A stretch of DNA of 61,124 nucleotides, counting the filler. It is 5 parts of 5 records of this genome, joined end to end, with 100 filler letters (N's around TTAATTAATTAA, not from the genome) between each part and the next. Parts side by side here need not be neighbours in the genome. Positions count along the whole stretch, not along the records: positions 1 to 17,130 come from SRR20825010_1038; 4 more parts are not named here. The stretch is one strand, 5' to 3'. The notes under the pieces are model-generated. The model searched no databases. It was not told the origin of the DNA and saw only the letters and a program-made list of their open reading frames with translations. Positions 1 to 9,462 of this stretch are shown here, piece by piece (the stretch's first letter is position 1; each line of letters starts with the position of its first letter). The position numbers were made by a program, and so were the translations under genes.

Positions 1-216
1 GCGAACTGCCTCAAGAACGACAACATCGTTTACATTGGTGACCTCGTTCAGAAAACCGAAGCAGAGATGCTGCGGACGCCAAACTTTGGTCGCAAGTCGC
101 TTAATGAAATCAAGGAAGTTCTTCAGTCCATGGGCCTGCGCCTTGGCATGGAACTCCCAGCTTGGCCGCCTGAGAATATCGAAGAGCTCGCCAAGAAACT
201 TGAGCAAGACTACTAA
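1..216 (+). CDS. rpoA: RNA polymerase alpha subunit, C-terminal fragment (5' truncated)
   Basis: Manual frame-1 translation [41 protein letters not shown]...DY* is the alpha-CTD; lies directly upstream of rplQ. Confidence 0.97.
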   Translation, partial: ANCLKNDNIVYIGDLVQKTEAEMLRTPNFGRKSLNEIKEVLQSMGLRLGMELPAWPPENIEELAKKLEQDY

Positions 217-223
217 GAAACCG

Positions 224-260
224 GAAAAGTCCCTCATGTGAGGGGCTTTTCTTCCATTTT
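224..260 (+). terminator. Terminator-like hairpin between rpoA and rplQ
   Basis: GAAAAGTCCCTC-ATGT-GAGGGGCTTTTC stem followed by TTCCATTTT. Confidence 0.5.
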
Positions 261-360
261 AAAAACCTCCCGCGAGTATGCGGGACACCTGCCGGTACTA
301 GGCGCCAGAGGAAAACCTTAAGGGTTGCCCAAGGCCGGACAGGCATCAAGGAGTGAGACC

Positions 361-783
361 ATGCGTCACCGTAAAGCCGGCCGTAAACTGAATAGGACCG
401 CTAGCCACCGTAAGGCTATGTTCCAGAACCTCAGCCAAGCGCTGATCAAACACGAGCAAATCGTAACGACTCTGCCGAAAGCAAAAGAGCTTGGCCCGAT
501 CGTTGAGAAGCTCATCACGCTCGCGAAGAAAGGTGGCCTTGCTAATCGTCGCCTTGCTGTTTCCCGTCTGCAGGACGAAACACTCGTGAAGAAGATGTTT
601 GACGAGCTTGCTGATCGTTACAAAGAGCGTGCTGGTGGTTACACCCGCGTTCTCAAAGCTGGTTTCCGTCATGGCGATAACGCGCCAATGGCTGTTATCG
701 AGCTTGTTGACCGTAACGAAGAAGCCAAAGGCCAGGACAGCGGACCATCTGCTGACGTGGACATGGAAGAAGACGCGGCGTAA
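361..783 (+). CDS. rplQ: 50S ribosomal protein L17
   Basis: [20 protein letters not shown]...[35 protein letters not shown] before ATG 361. Confidence 0.98.
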   Translation: MRHRKAGRKLNRTASHRKAMFQNLSQALIKHEQIVTTLPKAKELGPIVEKLITLAKKGGLANRRLAVSRLQDETLVKKMFDELADRYKERAGGYTRVLKAGFRHGDNAPMAVIELVDRNEEAKGQDSGPSADVDMEEDAA

Positions 784-809
784 GCCACGCTTTTACCATC
801 AGGTTTTAG

Positions 810-839
810 AGGGCGGCCTTTTGGTCGCCCTTTTTCTTT
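810..839 (+). terminator. Rho-independent terminator after rplQ
   Basis: AGGGCGGCC-TTTT-GGTCGCCCT stem followed by T tract. Confidence 0.85.
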
Positions 840-908
840 GCCTTGACAATCGCCCTGCACCCCTGATCATCAGTCTTCGCGTTACAGCCACATGAGGGAG
901 AGGGCATA

Positions 909-1871
909 ATGCAGTTACCTTGGGGCACCGATCTGGTGCGCGAGATTGCAAACTATCGCAGCGACGGGCTTACACAGTTCTTCCAGCTTTTTAGTGAACT
1001 TGGGGAGGCTGAGGGCTATATCCTTGTTGTAACGCTCATCTATGTTGCCTTCAATCGGGAGCTTGGCTTCCGTCTTGCCATCCTTGTGCTCATCACCTTC
1101 TGCCTCAATCATTTGCTGAAAACAGCCATCATGAACCCGCGCCCGTTTGTTGCAGAAGGCGAATGGATGGATATGTGGGCAGCGTCCGCTGAGCGCGCGC
1201 GCCATCTGGTGGCTGAATATTCAACACCGTCGGGGCACGCCATGTGCGCTGCTGCCTTCTATGGCTTTCTGGCCACCCAAGTGAAGAAACGTTGGGCCAA
1301 AGTCGCGGCAGTGACACTAATCCTGCTGATCAGCATGTCCCGGCCTTATCTTGGTGTGCACTATGTTGAAGATATCCTGCTGGGTTGGGTGCTCGGTGGT
1401 TTGCTGGCGCTTATATGCGCGCGATATGCGGCATCGCTGGGCCAGGTTTGGCAGCGGCAGGCAGTTGCCACCCAAGCGGGCCTGCTTGTCTTAGCTACCT
1501 TACTCATATGGATACTGGGTGGGGACAGTTTAAACCAGCCGCCAACGCCCGTTATTGGCATTATGGGGTTCCTGACCGCTATTCTGCTCATTGAGCCTGT
1601 AGAGCGGCGTTATGTGGGTTTTGAGGCTGGTAGTGGCACAGCTGTGCAGCGGGGTTTATGCCATCTGGTGACCTTGATCTGTGTTATAGCCACGCTGGCG
1701 CTTTTTGGCTGGCTGTCTGATCTGATCTTTGAGCGAGCGTCGCTTATGGGACATTTGGCCAAGTTTGGCCGATATGCGGCGGCAGGGGCTGCCGGGCTTT
1801 TCTTGGCGCCGTTTATATTTGTGAAACTAGGCTTTGCTAAAGCTCACGCTTTGGGTGGTGGCCACGACTAG
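909..1871 (+). CDS. PAP2-family membrane phosphatase
   Basis: KxxxxxxRP (KTAIMNPRP), PSGH and SRxYLGVHYxxD motifs; many hydrophobic segments. Confidence 0.92.
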   Translation: MQLPWGTDLVREIANYRSDGLTQFFQLFSELGEAEGYILVVTLIYVAFNRELGFRLAILVLITFCLNHLLKTAIMNPRPFVAEGEWMDMWAASAERARHLVAEYSTPSGHAMCAAAFYGFLATQVKKRWAKVAAVTLILLISMSRPYLGVHYVEDILLGWVLGGLLALICARYAASLGQVWQRQAVATQAGLLVLATLLIWILGGDSLNQPPTPVIGIMGFLTAILLIEPVERRYVGFEAGSGTAVQRGLCHLVTLICVIATLALFGWLSDLIFERASLMGHLAKFGRYAAAGAAGLFLAPFIFVKLGFAKAHALGGGHD

Positions 1872-1898
1872 GCCACGAATTTTCCACAATCTTCTATG

Positions 1899-1927
1899 GG
1901 GCGGCCTTCTGGTCGCCCTTTTTCTTT
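1899..1927 (+). terminator. Rho-independent terminator, near-copy of the rplQ terminator
   Basis: GGGCGGCC-TTCT-GGTCGCCC-TTTTTCTTT; 28/29 identical to 811-839. Confidence 0.85.
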
Positions 1928-1989
1928 TCTAGCGTGCTTGCTGACAGGTGGGCACAAGGGTGTGCCGCGGGCACAAGCGGAGGATTGAG

Positions 1990-2598
1990 GTGAGGTTAGA
2001 GAAATGGCAGCAGCAGATACCGGGAAGCGCTATGAAAACACTGGGGCAAACGCTTTCGGCGCTTGCTGTTGAAACCAAGGCGTTAGGGTTTGATATGGCG
2101 TCGGACCCTTCCGTGGGGTCGCTTTTGCGGGCGCTGACAGGTAGCAAACCCGGCGGTACATGCCTTGAGCTTGGCACGGGCACGGGCCTTTCAACCGCCT
2201 GGATGCTGGCGGGCCTTTCGCCTGAGAGTCGGCTGGTGAGCGTGGACAAGGAACGCAAGTTTCAGGACGTTGCCAAGCGGCATTTAGGCAATGACCCACG
2301 CCTTACCCTATGCTGTGAGGATGCCGAGGATTTTATCAAAGCGCTTGGCCCACAACAGTTTGACCTGATTTTCGCAGATACATGGGCTGGGAAGTTTAAG
2401 CTGCTGGATGAAACTCTGGCGCTTCTCACCCCCGGTGGTATGTATGTGGTAGATGACTTGTTGCCACAGCCGAACTGGCCGTCGGGGCATCAGTCAACAG
2501 TGGATGCGTTTGTGGCCGATATGGCACGGCGAGAGGCGATCCGCGTTGTCAGTCTTGATTGGGCAACAGGGGTGATGATTGCCACCCGAATGAAATGA
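1990..2598 (+). CDS. Class I SAM-dependent (O-)methyltransferase
   Basis: LELGTGTGLS motif I, FDLIFAD, GGMYVVDD; start uncertain (ORF open from 1948). Confidence 0.85.
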   Translation: MRLEKWQQQIPGSAMKTLGQTLSALAVETKALGFDMASDPSVGSLLRALTGSKPGGTCLELGTGTGLSTAWMLAGLSPESRLVSVDKERKFQDVAKRHLGNDPRLTLCCEDAEDFIKALGPQQFDLIFADTWAGKFKLLDETLALLTPGGMYVVDDLLPQPNWPSGHQSTVDAFVADMARREAIRVVSLDWATGVMIATRMK

Positions 2599-2604
2599 GG
2601 TTTC

Positions 2605-3135
2605 ATGAGCTTTGAAGTGAAGCGGCTGGGCGAAAGCGAGATCTACTCCAACCCTTACCTGAAGGTGGTGGAGCAGCGCTACAGGCACGGTGATAAAGAC
2701 TACTGCTACTATGTGAAACATGAGCCCGACTTTGCCATTTGCGGTGCGATCACAGAAGATGGCGAAATCCTGATGGTGCGCCAGTTTAGGCCGGGCCCGG
2801 ACCGCTATGTTTATGACATGCCGGGCGGCATGATAGACGAGGGAGACAGCCCTCTTGAGACTGTGCGCAAGGAATTGATGGAGGAAACCGGCTATGCCGG
2901 TGACTTCATGGAACTGACCACCACCTATGTCACCGCTTATTCCACAGCGAAAAAACATATCTATCTGGCGACAAACTGCCGCAAGGTTCAGCCACCCGAA
3001 GAAGACCCTAACATGGTAGCAGAGCCGGTGCTGCTTTCAGGCGCTGATTTTGCCAAGCTGCTTGCCTCCGGCGAGTTGGTCGACCTCGACTGTGCGCTCC
3101 TCCTTGGTGAATATTTGAGAGCCCAGGCTGGCTGA
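2605..3135 (+). CDS. NUDIX hydrolase (ADP-ribose pyrophosphatase-like)
   Basis: Nudix box PGGMIDEGDSPLETVRKELMEETGY preceded by VRQFR. Confidence 0.92.
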   Translation: MSFEVKRLGESEIYSNPYLKVVEQRYRHGDKDYCYYVKHEPDFAICGAITEDGEILMVRQFRPGPDRYVYDMPGGMIDEGDSPLETVRKELMEETGYAGDFMELTTTYVTAYSTAKKHIYLATNCRKVQPPEEDPNMVAEPVLLSGADFAKLLASGELVDLDCALLLGEYLRAQAG

Positions 3136-3269
3136 TCACTATTTTTTTCCCCGCATATCTCTAGCAAGGCAAGCCCGGGTGCTGCATTATCCCATACAGG
3201 GAACGCGTACAGATGTTAATTGCTGGGCCGCACAACACGGTGCCCGGCCTGAACGTACGAGGATATACC

Positions 3270-3932
3270 ATGATGAAACTATATGTTTTTGGTTGGGTGC
3301 CAGACTTTGCCAAAGGCCTGGTGCGCGACCTGAGGGTGCGCTGGGCGCTTGAAGAAGCAGGCTTGCCTTATGAAGAGCAGGTGATTAACCACGAAGAGAA
3401 GCTCACCGACAGCTACAAGGCACTCCAGCCTTTTGGGCAGGTGCCGGTGATTGAAGACGGTGACTTGAAGCTTTTTGAATCAGGGGCCATCGCGCTGCAT
3501 ATTGCGGAACAGTCTAATGCTTTGCTGCCGGGCGACGCCAATGGCAAGGCTCGCGCGACGGCGTGGATGATCGCCGCCCTCAATTCTATGGAGGTAGCCA
3601 TTCAGGGGCTGGTGGAGATCGATATCTTCAACGCCGACGCAGACTGGGCCAAAGAACGGCGGCCGGCAGTGATTGAGCGCCTTGAAGGGCGCTTGACCGA
3701 CCTTTCTAACGCGCTGGGTGACAAGACGTATCTGGACGGCGATACCTTCACGGTAGGGGACCTGATGATGGTGACTGTACTGCGCATTTTGCGGCATACA
3801 GATATCCTGTCAAAATACCCAAATCTCACAGCCTATAAAGAACGATGCGAGGCTCGCCCGGCTTTCAAGAAAGCGCTGGCGGATCAACTGGCCACGTTTG
3901 ACCGTGAGGGCGAGTTGCAAGCCACCGCATAA
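3270..3932 (+). CDS. Glutathione S-transferase family protein
   Basis: RVRWALEEAGLPY, QPFGQVP, LFESGAI motifs; GAGGA RBS before ATG 3270. Confidence 0.93.
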   Translation: MMKLYVFGWVPDFAKGLVRDLRVRWALEEAGLPYEEQVINHEEKLTDSYKALQPFGQVPVIEDGDLKLFESGAIALHIAEQSNALLPGDANGKARATAWMIAALNSMEVAIQGLVEIDIFNADADWAKERRPAVIERLEGRLTDLSNALGDKTYLDGDTFTVGDLMMVTVLRILRHTDILSKYPNLTAYKERCEARPAFKKALADQLATFDREGELQATA

Positions 3933-3954
3933 ATGAAGGCCACAGCACAGAGAG

Positions 3955-3984
3955 AAAAGGGGGAGGCATCGCGGCTCCCCTTTT
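3955..3984. terminator. Hairpin terminator after the GST gene
   Basis: AAAAGGGGGAG...CTCCCCTTTT inverted repeat with A and T tracts. Confidence 0.65.
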
Positions 3985-4142
3985 ATATTTTGTGGGGCGT
4001 GGCGGCTTTGCGTTTTACAGTCTAGTTGAGGTAATGCCATTCTTCCGCCACGATCCCGCTCAAGGGTGCGGCGTTGAAAATGCCAGGGGCTCGCACCAAG
4101 TAGAAACTTGCGCGAAGCCACCGTCTCCGCCATAACGGGCAT

Positions 4143-5651
4143 ATGAAAACTGGCAACCTATTATCCAGAATACAAAGGAATGCAGTACCGATGCTACGGA
4201 CCGTGAAACAACTATCGATCGCGATGACTTTTGCTCTTGGTGCGCTCTTGCCTATGAAGGGTGTGGCAGCGCAAGACTATGATGTTGAGCGCGCGGTGCC
4301 GCAGTCAAACACGCAAATACAACTTTCCTACGCGCCGCTCGTATCGCGTGCCGCCCCTGCTGTGGTGAACATCTATACCAAAAAGGTTGTGCGCTCGCGC
4401 CGCTCGGCACTGTTTGATGATCCGCTGTTCCAGCGTTTTTTTGGTGACCAGTTCAGCTTTGGTATGCCAGAGGAGCGCGTGCGCGGCTCATTGGGGTCGG
4501 GCGTGATTGTGCGGCCTAACGGCGTGATCGTGACCAACCACCATGTGATTGAGGGTGCAGACGAAATTCAGGTCGTGCTGGCTGACCGCCGCGAATATGA
4601 AGCTACCATTGTGCTGGATGACCCGCGCACTGACCTCGCTATTCTGCGGATCGATGTGGGGGATGAGCAGCTCGCGAGCCTTGCGATCGCTGATTCAGAC
4701 AATGTGCTTGTGGGTGATATCGTGCTCGCGATTGGTAACCCGTTTGGTATTGGCCAAACCGTCACCGGCGGTATTGTATCTGCGACAGCACGCACACAGC
4801 AGGGCATTTCAGATTTTGGCTTCTTCATACAGACCGACGCTGCCGTAAACCCCGGCAACTCAGGCGGTGCGCTTGTTGGCATGAACGGTGACCTTCTTGG
4901 CATCAACACCGCCATCTACAGCCGTACGGGGGCGTCTAATGGCATCGGCTTTGCCGTGCCTGCCAATATGGTGAAGTCGGTGCTGCGTGCGGCATTGAAC
5001 GAGGGGCAACTTGTACGGCCCTGGCTTGGAGTGAACGGCCAGTCGGTAACAGGTGACCTTGCATCCAGCCTTGGGCTTGACCGCGCGGGCGGTGTGCTCA
5101 TTGATAATGTGTTTGCAGGCAGCCCAGCATCACTCGCCGAGCTGCGCGCGGGTGATGTGATTATGGCCGTGGGCGGCAAAGAGGTGATTGACGAGCCGGG
5201 CCTCAACTTCCGTATCGCAACAATGGAGCCGGGCGCAGAAGTCACGCTTGCCGTACTGAGCGACGGTTTCATTCAGGAACGTACCGTAACGCTCGCGTTG
5301 CCGCCGGAAGACCCGAAGCGCAACATCACGGTGCTGGATGGCAGACACCCCTTCCAGGGTGTGAAAGTGGCCAACCTGTCGCCGCGTTTCAATGATGAGC
5401 TGCAGGTTGATCCGTTCCTCAAGGGCGTGATTGTGCTTGAAGTTGACCGCCGCACCCCTGCGGGCCGTTATCAGTTCCTCAGCCCCGGCGATATCCTTCT
5501 TGGTATCAATGGCACCCGGATTGAGTATGTGGCAGATATTGATGCCGCGCTCGCGGAAGATGCAGAGCGCTACGTCTACCAGATCCGGCGCCGTGGACAG
5601 GCTCAGGAATGTATGATCATCCCGAACCGGTCTTTCCGGTGTCGTCAGTAA
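4143..5651 (+). CDS. Do/HtrA (DegP/DegQ) family serine endoprotease with PDZ domains
   Basis: GSGVIV, TNHHVI, QTDAAVNPGNSGG catalytic motifs; signal peptide; start may be downstream. Confidence 0.95.
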   Translation: MKTGNLLSRIQRNAVPMLRTVKQLSIAMTFALGALLPMKGVAAQDYDVERAVPQSNTQIQLSYAPLVSRAAPAVVNIYTKKVVRSRRSALFDDPLFQRFFGDQFSFGMPEERVRGSLGSGVIVRPNGVIVTNHHVIEGADEIQVVLADRREYEATIVLDDPRTDLAILRIDVGDEQLASLAIADSDNVLVGDIVLAIGNPFGIGQTVTGGIVSATARTQQGISDFGFFIQTDAAVNPGNSGGALVGMNGDLLGINTAIYSRTGASNGIGFAVPANMVKSVLRAALNEGQLVRPWLGVNGQSVTGDLASSLGLDRAGGVLIDNVFAGSPASLAELRAGDVIMAVGGKEVIDEPGLNFRIATMEPGAEVTLAVLSDGFIQERTVTLALPPEDPKRNITVLDGRHPFQGVKVANLSPRFNDELQVDPFLKGVIVLEVDRRTPAGRYQFLSPGDILLGINGTRIEYVADIDAALAEDAERYVYQIRRRGQAQECMIIPNRSFRCRQ

Positions 5652-5676
5652 GCGGCTTGGCGAAAGGGTCTGAGCC

Positions 5677-7005
5677 GTGAGCAATCTGTTTGAAAATGCG
5701 GGGCTTGAGGACGAGGCCCCGCGTCCGCTCGCGGATCGTCTGCGCCCCAAGTCGCTGGAAGAAGTTGTTGGGCAAGATCACCTGCTTGGGCCGAATGGTG
5801 CCCTGGGGCGCATGGCCCAGCTTGGGCGCATCACATCGCTTATCCTTTGGGGGCCACCGGGCACGGGAAAAACCACAATTGCGCGTCTGCTGGCTGGGCA
5901 CGGTGACCTGGCTTTCGAGCAGATATCGGCTATTTTTTCAGGCGTTGCTGACCTTAAAAAAGTGTTTGAGGCAGCTAAAGCCCGCCGCATGAGCGGGCGC
6001 GGAACGCTCCTGTTTGTGGATGAGATCCACCGCTTCAACCGTTCGCAGCAGGACGGCTTTCTGCCTTATGTGGAGAACGGCACGATCACCCTGATCGGTG
6101 CAACCACCGAAAACCCGTCGTTCGAGATCAACAGCGCGCTCTTGTCGCGGATGCAGGTGCTGGTGTTGAACCGGCATGACGACGCAGCACTTGAAGAACT
6201 TATGGCTCGCGCCGAGGCTGAAACCGGCAAAAAACTGCCGCTGGCAGATGATGCCCGCACAGCCCTCAAGGCAATGGCGGATGGGGACGGGCGTTTCCTG
6301 CTCAACTGCATTGAAACGCTTTATGATCTTGCGGGCGATGAAACCCTTGATGCCGCAGCGCTCGCGCAGCTGTTGCAGAAGCGGGCACCTTCGTATGACA
6401 AGGACCGGGACGGCCATTATAATCTAATCTCGGCGCTCCATAAGTCGCTGCGCGGTTCAGACGCTGACGCGGCGCTTTACTGGGCGGCGCGCATGCTGAC
6501 AGCGGGCGAAGACCCGATGTATGTGATCCGCCGTCTTGTTCGTTTCGCAAGCGAAGATATCGGCATGGCTGACCCCGAAGCTATTCATCAAGCTCTGGCC
6601 GCGAAAGACACTTATGAATTTTTGGGCAGCCCCGAAGGTGAACTGCAAATCGCACAGGCGGTGATTTATTTGGCCACAGCGCCCAAGTCGAACGCCGCTT
6701 ATGTGGCCGAGAAAGCCGCAAAACGCAGCGCCAAGGCGACTGGTAGCCTGATGCCGCCCGCTCATATCCTGAACGCCCCCACTAAAATGATGAAAAACCT
6801 GGGGTATGGGGACGGTTATGCCTATGACCATGACGCGGAAGGCGGTATCTCAGGGCAGGATTATTTCCCTGAGGAGATGGACCGGCAAGGCTTCTACAAG
6901 CCGGTTGCCCGCGGTTTTGAGCGCGATATCCAGAAGCGCCTTGACTATTTCGCCCGTATCCGCCGCGAGTATGCCCAGAAGATATCAGCCAATAAGGCCG
7001 AATAG
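5677..7005 (+). CDS. rarA: Replication-associated recombination protein A
   Basis: PLADRLRP, GPPGTGKTT, DEIHRFN, GATTENPSF, ISALHKSLRGSD. Confidence 0.96.
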   Translation: MSNLFENAGLEDEAPRPLADRLRPKSLEEVVGQDHLLGPNGALGRMAQLGRITSLILWGPPGTGKTTIARLLAGHGDLAFEQISAIFSGVADLKKVFEAAKARRMSGRGTLLFVDEIHRFNRSQQDGFLPYVENGTITLIGATTENPSFEINSALLSRMQVLVLNRHDDAALEELMARAEAETGKKLPLADDARTALKAMADGDGRFLLNCIETLYDLAGDETLDAAALAQLLQKRAPSYDKDRDGHYNLISALHKSLRGSDADAALYWAARMLTAGEDPMYVIRRLVRFASEDIGMADPEAIHQALAAKDTYEFLGSPEGELQIAQAVIYLATAPKSNAAYVAEKAAKRSAKATGSLMPPAHILNAPTKMMKNLGYGDGYAYDHDAEGGISGQDYFPEEMDRQGFYKPVARGFERDIQKRLDYFARIRREYAQKISANKAE

Positions 7006-7440
7006 CTATTCCTGCGGATAAAGCGCTTTCACAGGGAAGGCGCGCTCAGCAAAGGCAATCATCCACGACTGGACGTCAGCTTCAAAGATACCGCTATTGA
7101 TAGCGGGGTCGGATGCCAAAATCGCACGTGCGTCTTCAAGTGATGCAACCCGAAAGACAGCAAGGCCGCCATCGTTTTCAATGAGTGGACCGCCCGCAAC
7201 CAACACGCCGGTGTCCCGCAGCTGTTTGATGTAAAGCCCATGTGGGCGAAGGTTTTGCTCTGCCATGCTTTTGCCCTTGAGCCATGCGGGACCGGGACGA
7301 TAGATCGCCGCATATACTGTGTTGGTGTCCTCTTGGGTCGTTGCTGTTTCTGTTGCCATGGTTTCCATCTTGTCGCTGGAGGTAGCACTTGTTCCAACAA
7401 AGGCGATGCCGAGGAGAGCAATTGCAGTAAGTATCTTCAT
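7006..7440 (-). CDS. YciI-family protein with N-terminal signal peptide
   Basis: H..YIKQL...GVLVAGGP...GGLAVF...A..ILASDPA pattern of YciI/DGPF-like proteins. Confidence 0.75.
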   Translation of the reverse strand: MKILTAIALLGIAFVGTSATSSDKMETMATETATTQEDTNTVYAAIYRPGPAWLKGKSMAEQNLRPHGLYIKQLRDTGVLVAGGPLIENDGGLAVFRVASLEDARAILASDPAINSGIFEADVQSWMIAFAERAFPVKALYPQE

Positions 7441-7495
7441 TGAAATGCACCTTCTTTATGAATGAGAGCGCGGTGTTGTCTTGATTTCGAATCGT

Positions 7496-7518
7496 ACATA
7501 CCATACGGTATGGTATGT
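7496..7518. promoter_or_regulatory. Perfect palindrome, probable TetR operator
   Basis: ACATACCATAC-G-GTATGGTATGT (11-bp arms) between divergent yciI-like and tetR genes. Confidence 0.8.
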
Positions 7519-7545
7519 TTCAATGAAATGAAGTGAGATGATGGT

Positions 7546-8112
7546 GTGGCGGCGAAGAATTCAAGGTGGGCAAAGGAGGATTGGCTTCAATTTGGGGCCG
7601 ATATATTGCGAAAATATGGCCCACCAGCGATGACCGTTGAGGGGCTTTGCGCCGCAGCAAAGCGCACCAAGGGCTCCTTCTATCATCACTTCGGCACAAT
7701 TGACGGCTTTCTGCTTGCGCTTGCAGACGCTTGGCGAAAAACACAGACGGACGATATTGCCGCAAACGTGGCCGCTGACACGACGCCGGAAGCGCGCCTC
7801 GAAACACTAGTGCGGCTTACAAACGTTATCGATTATGACCTCGAGGCCGGGGTCAGGGCGCTGGCGGTAAGCCATGCCGCCATTTTGGCGGTTGTGCGCG
7901 GGGCAGATGATCGCCGTGAAGCCTTCCTCGCCTCGCTTCTGGATGATGCTTATGATTTGGGGCATGATGATGCGGTGAGCCTCGCCAGATTATATCATGC
8001 GCTTCATGTGGTGGCGCAGGCGCGCGCGCCCAATGCCATTGGTGATTTTTCAGCGGGGCCAACAGCCTTGCTGCGGCGCCTGTCGGCTGATTTGAAGGCG
8101 GCAGGGACCTAA
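7546..8112 (+). CDS. TetR/AcrR-family transcriptional regulator
   Basis: N-terminal HTH MTVEGLCAAAKRTKGSFYHHFG. Confidence 0.92.
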   Translation: MAAKNSRWAKEDWLQFGADILRKYGPPAMTVEGLCAAAKRTKGSFYHHFGTIDGFLLALADAWRKTQTDDIAANVAADTTPEARLETLVRLTNVIDYDLEAGVRALAVSHAAILAVVRGADDRREAFLASLLDDAYDLGHDDAVSLARLYHALHVVAQARAPNAIGDFSAGPTALLRRLSADLKAAGT

Positions 8113-8184
8113 CTTTACATGCTTTGCTTGACGGATGCTGATAACGCCAGACAATGACACCTTGGCAGTTCAGTTAGGCGCGGC

Positions 8185-9069
8185 ATGCAAGGTTTCACTC
8201 AGTTTATCGGGATCGACTGGACAGGCGCTAAGGGTAGGCGCCACAGCGGCTTGGCTGTTGCTCGCTGTGAGGTGGGGCAAGGCGCGCCTGTGCGTATAAT
8301 GCCGCCATCCGGCGCGCGCCGCTGGAGCCGTGTTGAACTTGCATTCTGGCTCACAACCGGTATGGGGCGGCGGGTAGGGGAGCGGGTGCTCGTGGGCATC
8401 GATTCGTCCTTCGGTATGCCTTTTATCGATGAGGGGTCTTATTTCCCGGCAGGAAATGATGGTTCAAGGTGCGGCGATGATGTGGCGGCGCTGTGGCGCG
8501 CGGTAGCAGACCACGCGCCAGAGGCAGAAGACTTTTACGCTGGTGCTTTTGTTGAGTGGAATCGTTCCCACTATCTGCGAGGTGCTGAACGCGGTGCTCG
8601 TTACCGACGGCGTATGCGTACGGCGGAGGACCTCGCTGTGGCAACAGGGGCGGGCCCTTGTGAAAGTGTGTTTCATCTGGTGGGGCCAAGCCAGGTGGGG
8701 CTTTCAGGCTTGTCCACCATGGCGATGTTGCACCATATCAAAGCCCACTCCCACATCGCGATCTGGCCTTTTGACGACTGCACCGAAGCCTCCGTTGTGA
8801 TTGTGGAAATCTACGCCGCGCTTTTTGCGGCTATGGGTGGCCATCGGGGAAAAATTCGCGATGTCCACACGCTGAAATCCATACTGCTGAATTTGCAGAC
8901 TTCGCGTTTGCCGCGCCTGGGGCTTGACTTTAACGATCATGTTGCTGACGCATGTGTGACTGCCGCTGCGCTGCGGTTAATCGCCGGGGAGCGCAAATAC
9001 TGGAATCCGCTGTCGCTCTCGGCTAAGGTGCGCCGCACCGAAGGCTGGATATTCGGTATTGAACAATAA
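8185..9069 (+). CDS. Hypothetical protein, probable RNase H-like fold (DUF429-like)
   Basis: IGIDWTG, VGIDSSFGMP, VEIYAA and DHVADA acidic motifs. Confidence 0.6.
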   Translation: MQGFTQFIGIDWTGAKGRRHSGLAVARCEVGQGAPVRIMPPSGARRWSRVELAFWLTTGMGRRVGERVLVGIDSSFGMPFIDEGSYFPAGNDGSRCGDDVAALWRAVADHAPEAEDFYAGAFVEWNRSHYLRGAERGARYRRRMRTAEDLAVATGAGPCESVFHLVGPSQVGLSGLSTMAMLHHIKAHSHIAIWPFDDCTEASVVIVEIYAALFAAMGGHRGKIRDVHTLKSILLNLQTSRLPRLGLDFNDHVADACVTAAALRLIAGERKYWNPLSLSAKVRRTEGWIFGIEQ

Positions 9070-9084
9070 AGGACCGTTGAAGCA

Positions 9085-9462
9085 ATGCAGATGCTGGTGG
9101 CGATAGCTGCGGGGGGAGCCATAGGGGCATTAAGCCGTCATTTTGTGGCGGGCTATGTATTTCGCGCCCTTGGCTCAAGCTTTCCTTATGGCACTTTTGT
9201 GGTCAATGTGGCAGGAAGCTTGTTTATGGGGTTCCTGATTACGGCATTTGCCCTCAAGTTTGAAACCAGTCAGGAACTTCGCGGTTTTCTTACCGTTGGC
9301 CTTCTCGGCAGCTTTACCACTTTCTCCACCTATTCGCTTGAGATGGCTTTGCTGATCGAGCGCGGAGATTGGACGGGCGCTGCTACGTATGCTTTCGGTT
9401 CCATGCTGCTGGGTTTGGCGGCACTTTTTATAGGCATTTGGCTCGGACGGGTGATGATATGA
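9085..9462 (+). CDS. crcB: Fluoride efflux channel CrcB/FluC
   Basis: GGAIGALSR, PYGTFVVN, GLLGSFTTFSTYSLE. Confidence 0.96.
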   Translation: MQMLVAIAAGGAIGALSRHFVAGYVFRALGSSFPYGTFVVNVAGSLFMGFLITAFALKFETSQELRGFLTVGLLGSFTTFSTYSLEMALLIERGDWTGAATYAFGSMLLGLAALFIGIWLGRVMI

